From Phoronis australis (lineage: Eukaryota > Animalia > Phoronida), in contig NMRA01000334.1 of NCBI GenBank assembly GCA_002633005.1, forward strand, positions 400,516 through 464,515: a stretch of 64,000 nucleotides of DNA. Direction: 5' to 3'. Of this stretch, positions 52,467 through 64,000 are shown piece by piece (positions within the stretch are counted from its first letter, which is position 1; every line of letters starts with the position of its first letter). The translations under genes and the position numbers were made by a program. The notes beneath the pieces were generated by a model. It ran no database searches, was not told the origin of the DNA, and saw nothing but the letters and a program-made list of their open reading frames with translations.

Positions 52467-55400
52467 TAGTCGGTGGGCCAGATCTCATAGCGTCCATCCT
52501 TGTGAGTACTTAAGGGGGGCAACTTAGTTTTTTTCTATGTGGCTAGATAATATACCTATAAATCAAGTTCCCACGTCTACACTTGCACGTTTTTTAAAAA
52601 AGGGTGTTTTTGTTGCACAAAATATGATGCACATTTCTGCCACTTGATGGCGCTTTTCTATTGAATTGACCAATCAGAGAGCCAGATTGTATTGTTGTGC
52701 TTAGTTACTTCAATATGGCTGCTCCCACGGAGTGTGATGCCTGTATAATTCAAGGTTTATCAAACAGCACAAAATTGTGATGTCAGAGCCTAAAGAAGCT
52801 TAGGAAAGCTTCCTGACGAAAGCTGATTGACTGTGGATTTCTGTAGATCAGTAGATCAAAAAGAAGAAGAGGTGTCACAAACGTTTGTGCAGAAAACAGC
52901 TGCATGTCCTAGTAGCCTACACAGTATACTGCTGAGTGCTGTAGACTAGAAGACCAAGTGTCAGACCAAAAAATTGAAAGGACATAGAACGGCATAGCAA
53001 CGTTTCAAGGCACCAACAGTAGTACTAAAGCTGAAGTTGCTGAAAGTGATACAGATGTTATCCAAGATTTCCCAAGAAAATCAATTATACTTCCAAAATC
53101 TGAAACACCCAATTAACCTGAACAAGATAGGAACATTCTGAAACATGAGTGCATCATTTGTTAGCAGGAAAAGTACATTATGGGCCACATTTCAAGAAAG
53201 AGAAAGAAGTATAGCTTTCAAAAACAGGTACGTGTTTTTTAAAAATACATCTTGGTGTTTTCCATGTGTGTTTCAGTATTATCACCAGTTGTTTTTTAAC
53301 TTGTTCAGCCCCTTGGCTGCCTAGGCCTTAGACAATACTGCTGACCCAGTAGAGACGATGATCATACCATAGGTACTTCATATGCCGGATACTTTTCGGC
53401 AAATTATGTTCCTATAAGTTTAGAAGTACCGCGTAGAGAGATGCCTCTGAGGAGGTCGTTAATGTTTTCATTTGTTCCCAGTTTAAACAAATACTCCTGC
53501 AATCCTGTTTTTCGAACACTCCATTCAGTTGCCACATCGACACTGCTTGCGCTAAGGGATAATCCTATGGCGTTATACTGTGGGTGTGATTTTAAAGCAC
53601 TTTAAGTCAAAAATTTTTGAGAAGGTTAAATGGAGTAGATAGTTGCAAACAACATGCCCAAGTGGCCGTCATCCCCTGCCGTAGTCTCAATTTTTTGTAA
53701 ACATTAATTACTTAGGTAGCTGCAATGATAATTAAATTAAAGTGCCTAAGTGGCCATCGTCGCCGTCGAAATTTGAGGACGATGGAAGCCACTGTCCATT
53801 TCGTCAAACGTCGATTACCTTAAGTGTAAATCGATTGACTATGGTTTGAGCATCTGATTTAAAAAAATTAAATTTCAATCACTGCACAGGTATATCAGCT
53901 GATTTATTTTCAGCTGCATCTACTGATCTAATTATTAGACGATCAACATTATTAGGCTACAGGTCAAACGGCATGTAAATTTGTTAGGCTGGTGGTGGAT
54001 CAGCTCCTGATACGTCCGTCTGAAAAAGTTGCATGCCAACTCACTCATAGTTGAATGTTAAATTAGTGTTAACAGTTCGGGTTTTTTTCAGTTGGACTTG
54101 TATCGCAAGCAACAGCTCAGTCCAGAGCCCTGAATATGCAAATGAAATTCAAAGATAAAGACCTTGTGTCTTAGAAGCCAAGTACCACAGATCATCATGC
54201 TGTAAAAAAGAGAAAGACAAAGATTGTGGAGAGTGACGAATCCCCAGTTTTCAGAGATGTTTTTCTACAGTTTTGTTTGGAGTTCATTGAATCAAAGCTT
54301 CTAGCACATGGAGATGTCATTTGCCTTTCAAAAATAAAGCAAGACTTTGAAGCTGTTCTTCAGAAAGCTGGTGTGCATGAAGTTATTTGGACAGGCAATC
54401 TTAAGAAATATTGTTGAAGCTACTCACTGTTGTAGTTTGTGCCTGACTAAGAGATACGAAAGTGAATTGAGGCTAGTGTTCAATAATTCACTTGCTGACT
54501 CTAATTAACACAGCCCATTGTAACATATTTTGAATCAAACGTTTGCCCAAATAGTGCCCGCCTCCAAACAAGGACTTAGTGTTTGACCCTTCATTGCCTG
54601 CGGGCTAATCACCAGTGTGCAGTGCTGTACCCTCTCTAATCGACCATAGTTGGCTCCTTGGCGGTGGAGCTTTGCAGTTAATATGTATGGCAATGACCGC
54701 ATCTCCATTGACAGTACTAAACGATGAACGCTGCAAGTGCAAAAAGAACATGTGTGCTGGGAAACTGAGTTTGTGCTGCAATGCTGGGTCAAACTGTACA
54801 GAAATGTGCAGCTGTGACAACTGTAGTAACATCAGCAACACTGACTGCATAACATTGGATAGTTCTTTGACAGGCCAACCCTAAATAGACCTCCAACCCC
54901 GTTATTTCCTTTTTTGTATTAAAAAGTTAATTTTATTTGTTGATTAAGTCATAGAAAGTACATACTTTGATCATTGTCATGTATTTGTCTCATACTGCTT
55001 AATAAACGCTGTCAGAATAATCTATTTTAATACAGTCTTTGTGCACATTCACAGAGATCATTCAACTATATTGTTTTTGTACTATAACATATTTCTGGTG
55101 TATTATGCAAACAAGCTGTATTTTACACCATTAGTCAATGTTTTAGTCATTGAGGCACAAATTTTGCCCAGTCTCAAGTGTTTTGTGTTATTTTTGTTGC
55201 CTGACAATGCCAGAATAACTTCCTAGAAACATTCAGACTTAGTTTGTATTTTTGCCACTAGGTGTCTCTTTACGTTTTTTAAATTTCACTGTTTACAATT
55301 AATTTACAATAGTAAAACATGTAATGTGAGTGTAATATTGTTCAATACAATGGCACTGATGGGACCATATTACTTGTTTTACAAAAAAGTCACCAAAACT

Positions 55401-55618
55401 GTTGTTTTTACAAATATAAGTTTACTAAGCTCTTTGGTGATTATTAGGTAACTTCAAACTCAAATTTCTCAAAAATGTGCAACTTTATACGTGGGAACTT
55501 TTTAGATTTTGAAAACACTCTAATAAATGAATTAAAAAACACCAAAATAAAATTGCCCCCCAAAAGTACTCACAAAAGCCATTTTCTAGAGGCCCTACAA
55601 AATCTGGCCCACCGACTA
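52467..55618 (+). mobile_element. Internally deleted Academ-like DNA transposon nested in the Kolobok-like element
   Basis: TTA|tagtcggtgggccagat ... atctggcccaccgacta|TTA: a perfect 17-bp TIR with an imperfect extension through tgtgagtact..ggggggcaa. Coding remnants are ECIIC (~53150), DLV/LEAKYH (54151-54188), HCLRANHQ (54592-54615) and the Cys cluster CKCKKNMC...CTEMCSCDNCSN. Confidence 0.75.
54615..54884 (+). pseudogene. C-terminal Cys-rich (CXC/Cys8) remnant of an Academ-like transposase
   Basis: RCKCKKNMCAGKLSLCCNAGSNCTEMCSCDNCSN. Confidence 0.65.
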
Positions 55619-55637
55619 TTAGTGGTTCATCTGCAGA

Positions 55638-56195
55638 GTGAATGCCGCTATATTGCGGTGCATCGTTCCCGCTTGTCCGAACTACGAAGCTGCGAAGAAA
55701 GCGGGTATATTGTTTTTTCGACTTCCTCGAAAGCCAGAAACGCTTAGAAAGTGGCTCGAGGTAGTGAAGAATGAAAAGTACGCTGTGAATAGCAAGTATG
55801 AAGCTGTGAAACATCTCTGTGTCTATGGCCCGCGCTTCGTCGACAGTGATTTCTCCGGCTTACCAAAGAACTATCCATACGTTCTGTTGCCTGTGCATGT
55901 TCACGGCACCTGTCAAGTATTTCTTGATCCGCCTATTCCGGTTCAAACTGATAGCCTGGGAAACCTAACGATCCAAACCGTGAAGTCTTCGTCCGATGAA
56001 CTCTCGAATAAGTCGGGATTAGCGGCGGACGAGTTGCCATGTAGACGCTTAGTACTCTGCGTTCTGTTCTGTTTCAAAAGGAATTATTCTCACCCTAACC
56101 ACTGCATTACTGAAACAAAGTATGTCTCATTAGATAGAATTTGTAATGCCTTTGGAGTATTTGGGAGTGCAAATGTTTTGAGAAGCAAGAAATAA
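55638..56195 (+). pseudogene. Degenerate THAP-domain ORF (transposase N-terminus)
   Basis: CIVPAC...FFRLP...RKWLEVV...CVYGPRF; the distal C/H zinc ligands appear eroded. Confidence 0.7.
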
Positions 56196-57750
56196 ACCAC
56201 TGCGTTACCGGCTTTAGGTGCAATAAAGGTAACTGACCGGGCACCGAAGCCCTGTGAGTGCATGCTAATTCAGTGTTTGCTGACAGAGAACTGTTGTGAA
56301 ACAACAATTCGATTTTATACAGGTTGTATGCTATATTCACATGTTAAAGGAATCTTCATTTAGATGTACAAATACATTATTCAAATCATTGTTACTGTAC
56401 AAACCTGTGCCCTCACATTTCTGTGGAAGAGGAAACTGAGTTCGCGGTCCCCAACAAGTAAGTATATTTTCAGTTTCGTGGCTAAATCACCTATTATATT
56501 CTTTTCGTGTCTAGAGGTCTAGTTTCCAACTAAAGCTGGTTTGTGTTCGTGATGTCCAGTCCCGGCGGCCGGGACGTGCCTGACCGGGTTCCGAGCCACT
56601 GGTGGGAAGTAACAAGCGTTTTGTGTGTTTAGAACTGAAAAAATCGGAAGTCTAAAAGTACAACACACAGCTATATTCCCCTGTCAGTATTTCCCGGAAG
56701 AATGATTCGAATTTATCACCAAACAGACCCAAACTCCCGCGATCGACCATGGTAGATTGGCCTATTGTTACGATACGTTCAAATACCTATAAATCCGTAA
56801 CCGTGAAATAACACAAAACGTTTGCCCAACAACTCGATGTATTTTAAGAGGTTTACATCGAATGTTGATGATTTTTGGTGTAAAACGATGAATTCAAGCT
56901 ATAAGTTGACACCAGTAAGCGTGCTGTGAACGGCTGAACAGACTGCTTTCAAACCAATTACGTCATTGGTTAATTTCGACACTTCCGTCTGCCGTTTGGT
57001 GTCAGATAAAACAACTGAACTTGCTGTTATCGAGTGGAACTACTCGATCTAAATTGATACAAAATAGGTTGTTTTTGAGTGGCATTCTCCCTTAAGGCGT
57101 CACTCAAAATCGTGGGGACAGGTCAATTTTGAGAGACCGCCTCTTGTGGTTGCCCTGTTTTTGATATCTGCCAATCTCTTAGATCAAAGGTCGTTAAGTG
57201 CAAACTAAAAGTTTGAGCTAGACACATCAAATACCATTGAGTTTAATTTCTGGAGTTTCAGGTTATTTGATGAAAACATGGGGTCATTAGGTGCATTTCT
57301 CTTGTGAAATGTGGACCAATTCAATCAGCTTGTATTCTAAATGGCTTAAAGTATAATGTAAGACATCTGTGATTCTTAGCATTAACCACACTTTTCATGG
57401 AGTTTACACTTATTCCTTCAGTAGCGTTCATAATGCACCATAAGGGGTCAATTAGTGCAAAGGTCATCAAATTATCAACATGTAATTTCTGAAACAGTTT
57501 TGAAGAATTCTTTTTCAGATTAGTAAGCGGGTTGTTGTCAAAGATTTCCCGTATCAATTCCTGTAAATGCACGCGCAAAGTACATCATTGTCACACTGTT
57601 ACAATAATGCTTCTAGTTTAATATGCCAATGTTCAATGATCCTCGGATTTTGACAATAGTCCAAAATAGAACACAAATATTGGCTAATCAGAATGCCAAA
57701 AGAGGTATAAATAAAGGTCAAATTGTCCTTTTTCATTTCATTTTGGCAAA

Positions 57751-57861
57751 TTGACGGACATGGTGATATTGGGATACTCATTGCCTATTGACGGACACGG
57801 TGATATTGGGATACTCATTGCCTATGGACGGACATGGTGATATTGGGATACTCATTGCCTA
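57751..57861. repeat. 3 x 37-bp tandem repeat
   Basis: ttgacggacatggtgatattgggatactcattgccta at 57751, 57788 and 57825. Confidence 0.95.
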
Positions 57862-58647
57862 TTTTTGAAACCCTGTTTTAATCTTAAAGATGGATTGAAT
57901 AGCATTGAAAAATAAAATATTCGTGTTTTTAGTTTTGTTTAATTGCCATATTTTAAATATTCAGTTGGAAACAAATTAAAAGTTGTGAATTTCAGATTGG
58001 AATGTACTTGTACATTCAACCAGAGGAAAGTATTCAAGGAGCGGGTCACATCTGTACAAGTCACCAAAAGACCGGAACCATTGTAGTGATGGATTTAACA
58101 TGTGATATTGTTTTCTGTACAAAAATATGTGATCTTGCTCATCACTTGCGTGTTAAAATTTCGGGGGAGTACCGTTCATAATTCTTTTAAAAAATTATTC
58201 AGTCACATTTAAAGATTAACATTTACAGGTAATCTGGTTTGAATGGAATAACAGACTAGACAATCTTTCTAACTCGCGGCCTGCATAGTGCCTTATTCTC
58301 ATTAACACAATTCTTTTTTATAAACTGTTCTTTCCTCAGCAACCGTAGTTCAATTCTTACTAAATCAGTTGTTTTATGGTTAATTACATTTTTAAAACTT
58401 ACCAAAGGCACGAGTTGCACCTGCTTGAGGTTATGTCGCACAAGTTTGGTACAGTGTATTACATTTGTCTGTACTATACAACTACAACTGGGAACTTTTG
58501 CATTTGACAAAAAAAAAATTGCGACAGATGAGAAAAGAGCTGTAGTTTATGGGAAATGAAGTATATTGACATTCGTAAGCCTGAATATGTCAACATAAAT
58601 TTCCTGCAATATCTTTGAAAATATAAAATAATGCATATCTCCACACA

Positions 58648-59760
58648 TTTTTATGAGCCACATATTTATCTGTCTGGGCGTCCGTCGACGTACGTCCGCA
58701 GACGTACATGTACATGTATCTCCTAAGCCCCTCGCAGGATCTTGATGACATTTGGCAGATGGGTTTCTAGTAAGCTAATGACGGATGACGCCGAATTTCG
58801 GACCTCTTCGATAACAGGTGTGCCCCTAGTGGCAATTTTAGGTTTTTACGCTTACCTCTTTATCTTTGGAAGTCCTCAACGGATTTTCATGAAATTTGGC
58901 AGTGAGACATATTAGGGACATGACGCTATCCTCTCGTTTTCGGAGGGATTCAAGGTGGTTTGCGCCACCTGGTGGCCGTTTTTACTGTTTTCGAGTCTGT
59001 TTTTTGGCGTCCGCTGTTATATAAAAAAACTGCTCTAGGGATGATTTTGAAAAATTGGCATCTATGTTCTTACTGTGACGATGATTTTCCAATGACTTCG
59101 ACTACGTACATGTATACCTGTATCTTCAAAGGTCCTAAACGGAAATTCATAAAGTTTGGCAGATAGTGATCCAGTAGTGAGGCAGTTTTCAGTTGAATTC
59201 GAGGTATTTTGCGCCATCTAGTGGCCATGTTTACTGTTTGCGAATTTGCTTTTTTTCGCATCTGCCCGTCTATCAACCAAAACCACTCTAAGGACGATTG
59301 TGAAAATTGGCATGAATATTTTCACTATGTAGAGGACTACTTCTGATGTTTTTCCGATGACTTCGACTACTGTGGCGCCTCCTAGTGGCATTTTTGCGCC
59401 CATGTATGTATCTCCTAAACTCTCTGTAGGATGTTTATTAAATTTGGCAAGTGTATTCATATGAAGTTGACAACAGCCGACGACGACTTTTGAGACGGAT
59501 CTGATGAAAGCTGTGGCCCCTTGTGGCATTGTCATTTTTTCCGTTTTGCTCTGTTTCTCTGAAGTTCCTTTACGGATTTTTATGAAATTTAATAAATAGC
59601 TTTCTGTTAAAAACGAGGGCATGTTCCCGTTTTCGGATGGACTGAACGTATTTTGCGCCATTTAGTGGCCATTTTTATGATAGAAATGCAACACCCCAAG
59701 AAGCAAACCGTTTGCGGTGCATTTGTGGGCGCAATTCAACGCCCTGCGTTGCTCTTGTTT
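58648..59760 (+). mobile_element. HINE-like element, copy B (shorter, internally deleted)
   Basis: Same 5' tctgtctgggcgtcc, same internal monomers and same 3' gtgggcgca..caacgc-cct-gcgttg-ctcttgt as 36811-38538. Confidence 0.7.
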
Positions 59761-60362
59761 GAATGCTTATGATCACTTGGAAGTGCTAGTCTTCAACGAT
59801 GCAGAGGAAATACTTCAAATATTAGCATGAATTCCAAAAGCTAACTCCTCAAAAGCTACGAATTTAAAAATTGACTAAGAATCGAACAACTGTGTAAAGG
59901 ATGAACTTTTATTACAGGGAGCATCACCACAAGGAAATCGTATTCTCTGAATGTGAATCTCCCGCAGTTACTTTAGTGAGATAAGGTCTTTGGCCTTCCA
60001 CACCAACATCACCAAAAGTTGCTTTTACTATCCCAATGGAAATGTTGAGAGTGTTGCTGATGAAGTGTCAAGTACCTGTGTCTGGATTTGGAACTGTTTT
60101 GCAATCTGGAAGAAATCTCATCGCTGTTGCTTTCTTAACTCTTTATTATAGATTGGTTATGATCTTATATTAGAGTGTAATGAATACACTGAGTTATTGA
60201 GAAATCGAAAGCAGGTCAAGCTTTTGGTGAGTATAATAAAAGTTGCGTATGCCACTCGGAAGGTGGGTTCGTTTGTATCACAGAACTTTGGAAAAATGTC
60301 AAAAAGATAAAACTGTCTTATTCGTTTTATTGTTGAAGGAGAACCACCGTGGTTTTCCATTC

Positions 60363-60458
60363 CTTTAGTGGCGTATATTGCATGCACCAAGTATGCAAAT
60401 GCACTGTTTTCTTTAGTGGCGTATATTGCATGCACCAAGTATGCAAATGCACTGTTTT
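60363..60458. repeat. 2 x 48-bp perfect tandem duplication
   Basis: ctttagtggcgtatattgcatgcaccaagtatgcaaatgcactgtttt occurs twice. Confidence 0.95.
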
Positions 60459-61075
60459 CTATTGCTCCAAATTGAACAAGCTGTTGAAGCCAGATGTGAT
60501 GATGGGATACAGTGTCCAGCTTGTCCTCAGGTACATTCCATTGTTTTATACACAGGCAAGAGATAATTTCTTATGTCAGATCAGCTCATAACAGGTGGTT
60601 ATCAATATCATATTTCAGTAAAATATGGTTAAAATATGAAATAGGCAAATATCAAATCGTCTCAATGCAGTTTAGGATGGTGTGTATGGGTGCACATGTG
60701 TGTGTTGTTCATGTTAGTGTAGTATTATTTTCTATTTCCTAGCCAAGAAAGGGCCAAAAGTTCTAGGAATGGAAGGACATCGATTTCTAACGGTTGGTTT
60801 GTCGAATCCTGATCAATTACAGAATGACATTTCGCTACCAGGTAGCACAGATTATAAACGCAAATCGACAACATTCAGGTACTGAGATTCTGGTCGAAGG
60901 ATCAGATTAGTAAACTCTAAGAAAGCAGGAATTCATGAGCTAAATTTCAAACTATCAATACATATAACCACCACCAAAGTTGATAAACAAACGACGTCGT
61001 AACTTGAAGTGATTTCCCACTTGGTAAGATGTTCCATAGTTCCTTCTTATCACATCTCGCAATGTAACGAAGGTT

Positions 61076-61122
61076 CTACGTCTCCAACTCGTCTACGTCT
61101 TCCAGAAGTTGGTCTGCAAAAG
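61076..61122 (-). CDS. Putative terminal coding exon of the same gene
   Basis: Acceptor tttatacttgcAG; the phase-compatible continuation reads AFADQLLEDVDELET*. Confidence 0.35.
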
Positions 61123-61652
61123 CTGCAAGTATAAACCACTCTTTAGTTCACGTAATGTGCCTTCGAACTAATAGGATTATATTCGGTATCGAGACCCATA
61201 AATCTTACATTTACATATGCCCCGAAATAATGCTCAGATTTTCATAACCATGTTGTTTTGTCACTGATGTTAAACATTTCAAGAGACGTCAAATAATACG
61301 TATGGAGAGAAGTCACGACCCTTATAGACATTCCCATAAATGTAATTTATGTTGAATTCGGTGAATAGGTGCTCACTAAGTATGCCGTTGGTCTTGTCAC
61401 AAAGAATTGCGTGCAGAAAGGCAAAATCACGCTTTCAGGTTGAGAATTGTGTAAGATTTTAAATCATGAGGAGCTCGCATTACTCATGGCGAATTCAGAT
61501 GCGCAGCGTAGGCCTACATCTCAGCACTGTGGGTCACGCTCCTTTTGAGCGTAATGAATGTTCACCCAATCACTTCCGGTCACAAGCGTTGTGTTGAGTA
61601 GAACATCATTTTCTCACTCCGTAAATTTACCGCGCATAATTGTGATACTTAC

Positions 61653-61766
61653 CGTCGTCGTCACCATCATCACCATCATCATCATCAAGGTCTCTTAGCC
61701 CTTCATCGTTCTCATCTTTTTTACTCATCGCTATTCTCATTTCATATGTATCGAGTACGCCGTTAC
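61653..61766 (-). CDS. Putative internal exon of an EF-hand/acidic protein gene
   Basis: On the minus strand: atttttacacgcAG | 114 nt | GTAAGT. The single open frame reads (G)NGVLDTYEMRIAMSKKDENDEGLRDLDDDDGDDGDDD, whose start resembles the second half of an EF-hand loop. Confidence 0.45.
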
Positions 61767-64000
61767 CTGCGTGTAAAAATCACAAAATAACAAATGAAAA
61801 CCATAAACCTGCAGAGACGTCTATTCCAAAGCGTATCGTATATGTGGATTTTTTACAATCACAACATGCCACTGTAGATTAGAAATATCTGTAACTTGAA
61901 TCTGCATACAAAAATGTCATCCCTCTCCCGTTTGCAAACCTGCAAATGATCAACATACTATGTCTTTAGGTTGGGTTTTTTTACGAAACTGTACACCTTA
62001 ACGTAATACTGTCCTTGGTCGTCACAGGTGAATATTTTCAAGTAAGAAGCATTCTTTTGCGAGTTGAGCACTATATTAATTGCCATTCTCATGTGTTTTT
62101 TATGTTGATGGTGGTTTATATTCGTTTCATTTTGTCAGTGTCAGTGTTGTCGTGATCTCACTGACTGTACGCTATAGGTAGTATTTATGCTCTCTTAATT
62201 AGGACCCTTATGTACATGATGTCAAAAGCTCGAGACCTGTTGTCCTTGGCCATAATCGGACACTAGTAAGTGCTTTCTAGGTCATTTTTTTCTACTTTTT
62301 ACTGCACTGCGGTCATTTTTTGAAGTTTGCCATGTAGATAGACCTCGTCTAGAGCTTGGTTACTATATTCGTGTCTCGATATATGTCACAGAACCGTCTC
62401 AAATTTTTCAAGATATCTGACGACTCTTTTATTGACAGATTCTTCATTTTATTGGAAATTGTAAATAGCCGATAAAATTCCACACATACCGAAAATTTTG
62501 ATATTTGTTAATAAATATTTTTAAAATAACATTAGTATACACGATTAAAATTAGCGAAAACGTCGAGTTTTAATGGGACTTAAAACTATTCACAATCAAC
62601 GAAGATCATGACTCGTTACTTGAATCGTCTTACTTGTCTGTTTCCCTTAAATCCTCGCAAATTTTCTGAAAAATCTCCTAGTATTGCAAGTCATAACGAC
62701 ACTTATCCGAATTTTGCTGAAACGGCATCATGGCAAAGAATCGTACTGAATTCGAACATTGTAAAGAATAATGGGCTATGTCAAGTAAATGTCGGATGAC
62801 TGTCAAACAACATTTGTGGAAATTTGTGTGTAACAAAACTGCGTGCGTTTATCCCTAAGTTCTGTTGTGATGTAGTTTTACATTTCCTCATTGCCCCCCA
62901 CAAAGCTGTCACAGATTATTACAACCTGTACAGGTGTACTCTCTAAAAGACGTGGGAAAGGTGCGAGCCAGATGGAGATACCTGTGACGGCTTTTCGAAT
63001 AATTTGAATAGAAAATATTCGCCACAAGTTTGTAAAATTCCCACAAATTGCAAGTTCTTTAAAACACAGTTGCCGGACCCCACCCTCATACATTTGCTCA
63101 CATTTACCACTCGGTAATCTTGCACTAAGTCATAATGAAGAAAACGGAGGAAATTGCCTCGAGCCGTCCCTCGATCTCCCTTATCAGAGAGGAAGACTGT
63201 ATAGTTTTACAAAATCGAGAGACTTGATTCAAACAACGGGGCCAATTTTTGTAACTGAAACTTCTTCGAAATATCTATGGTGAGAATATCGTTAAAGCTA
63301 ATGTTTTCTTGATTATAAAACTTCAGGGGTAACAAGGAACTCTCCATACTCTCATACAGCTAAGCAGCTATTAAAGCTTCAACTAAGACCAAGATCATCT
63401 GCCATTGTGTCCAGGTCTGTGTAAACGAGCTTAACCACTTAGCAACAAGTGGAATAAACCCATGTTGGCATTGACGGTAACAAAGCTGCTGACAAACTTG
63501 GAAAAGGAGCAAGTGCTTCCTATTATATACCAAAAAACTTGCTTACCAGTTGCTTACAGGTGCTGCAGAGCGAACGTAAGACATAGGGTGGGCAAATTAT
63601 CCGTGGATGTGAGGAGAGCGCTCTCCGTTTGCAGACAAACCAAATATTTCCAAGTCCTATTGAACCAAAAGGTTCGAAGAAACTGTTACGTTTAGATAGG
63701 CTTTCTATCAGGCGTGTGATATTGGTTATAACCGGACACTGAAACTTAGCTCTGCAACTTAACATCACAGGCCACATGGTATGGTCGTATTGACCCAAGT
63801 GTGGCTTGGAGGCCGAAACTTTTCAATATTTGCCTTGCCCACACTAGACACCGTAATCTACTACATGATGGACACATAAATCGTTTGGTTGACATTGCTA
63901 GTTCATTCATGTTTAATAGATTGGAAGATTTAACCTACGAGGAAACCGATGAAGTCGGGTCCCCTTGAGTCATAATCAGGTGATTAGTGTAATAGGCCCG

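Larger units (their letters stand above)
52319..57091 (+). mobile_element. Kolobok-like non-autonomous DNA transposon with a THAP remnant
   Basis: TTAA|aggagaatgccaccc ... gagtggcattctccc|TTAA (13/15 TIR match). It contains the THAP-like ORF 55638-56195. Confidence 0.72.

Noticed and set aside
57751-57861. 37-bp repeats as a CRISPR array
   Set aside because: The units are directly adjacent with no unique spacers, the context is eukaryotic, and there are no cas genes.
61440-61620. Promoter-like cluster (CCAAT, ETS-like ACTTCCGG, CATGGCG)
   Set aside because: Such short motifs occur by chance, and no downstream + strand gene is evident.

Overview
This is animal genomic DNA (AT-rich, spliceosomal introns; a marine invertebrate is my inference), not a prokaryotic locus. 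The one well-supported gene is a histamine H1-like aminergic GPCR on the + strand. It has two coding exons (4780-5097 and 34411-35802, about 569 aa) joined across a 29.3-kb phase-0 intron. The intron contains MITEs, a tRNA-like element, microsatellites and a probable haplotype duplication around an N. Downstream is a cluster of decayed transposons: two copies of a Helentron/HINE-like element carrying arrays of CTCF-like motifs, a degenerate CR1/L2-group LINE, an ISL2EU-like element, and a Kolobok-like THAP element with an Academ-like element nested inside. Two possible 3' exons of a minus-strand EF-hand gene lie near 61-62 kb. The strongest window-wide signal is the palindrome TACATGTA. It is roughly 15-fold enriched by manual count, and comparisons between repeat copies show CATGTA inserted at TA sites, which resembles Tc1/mariner excision footprints. 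All calls were made by eye without database searches.
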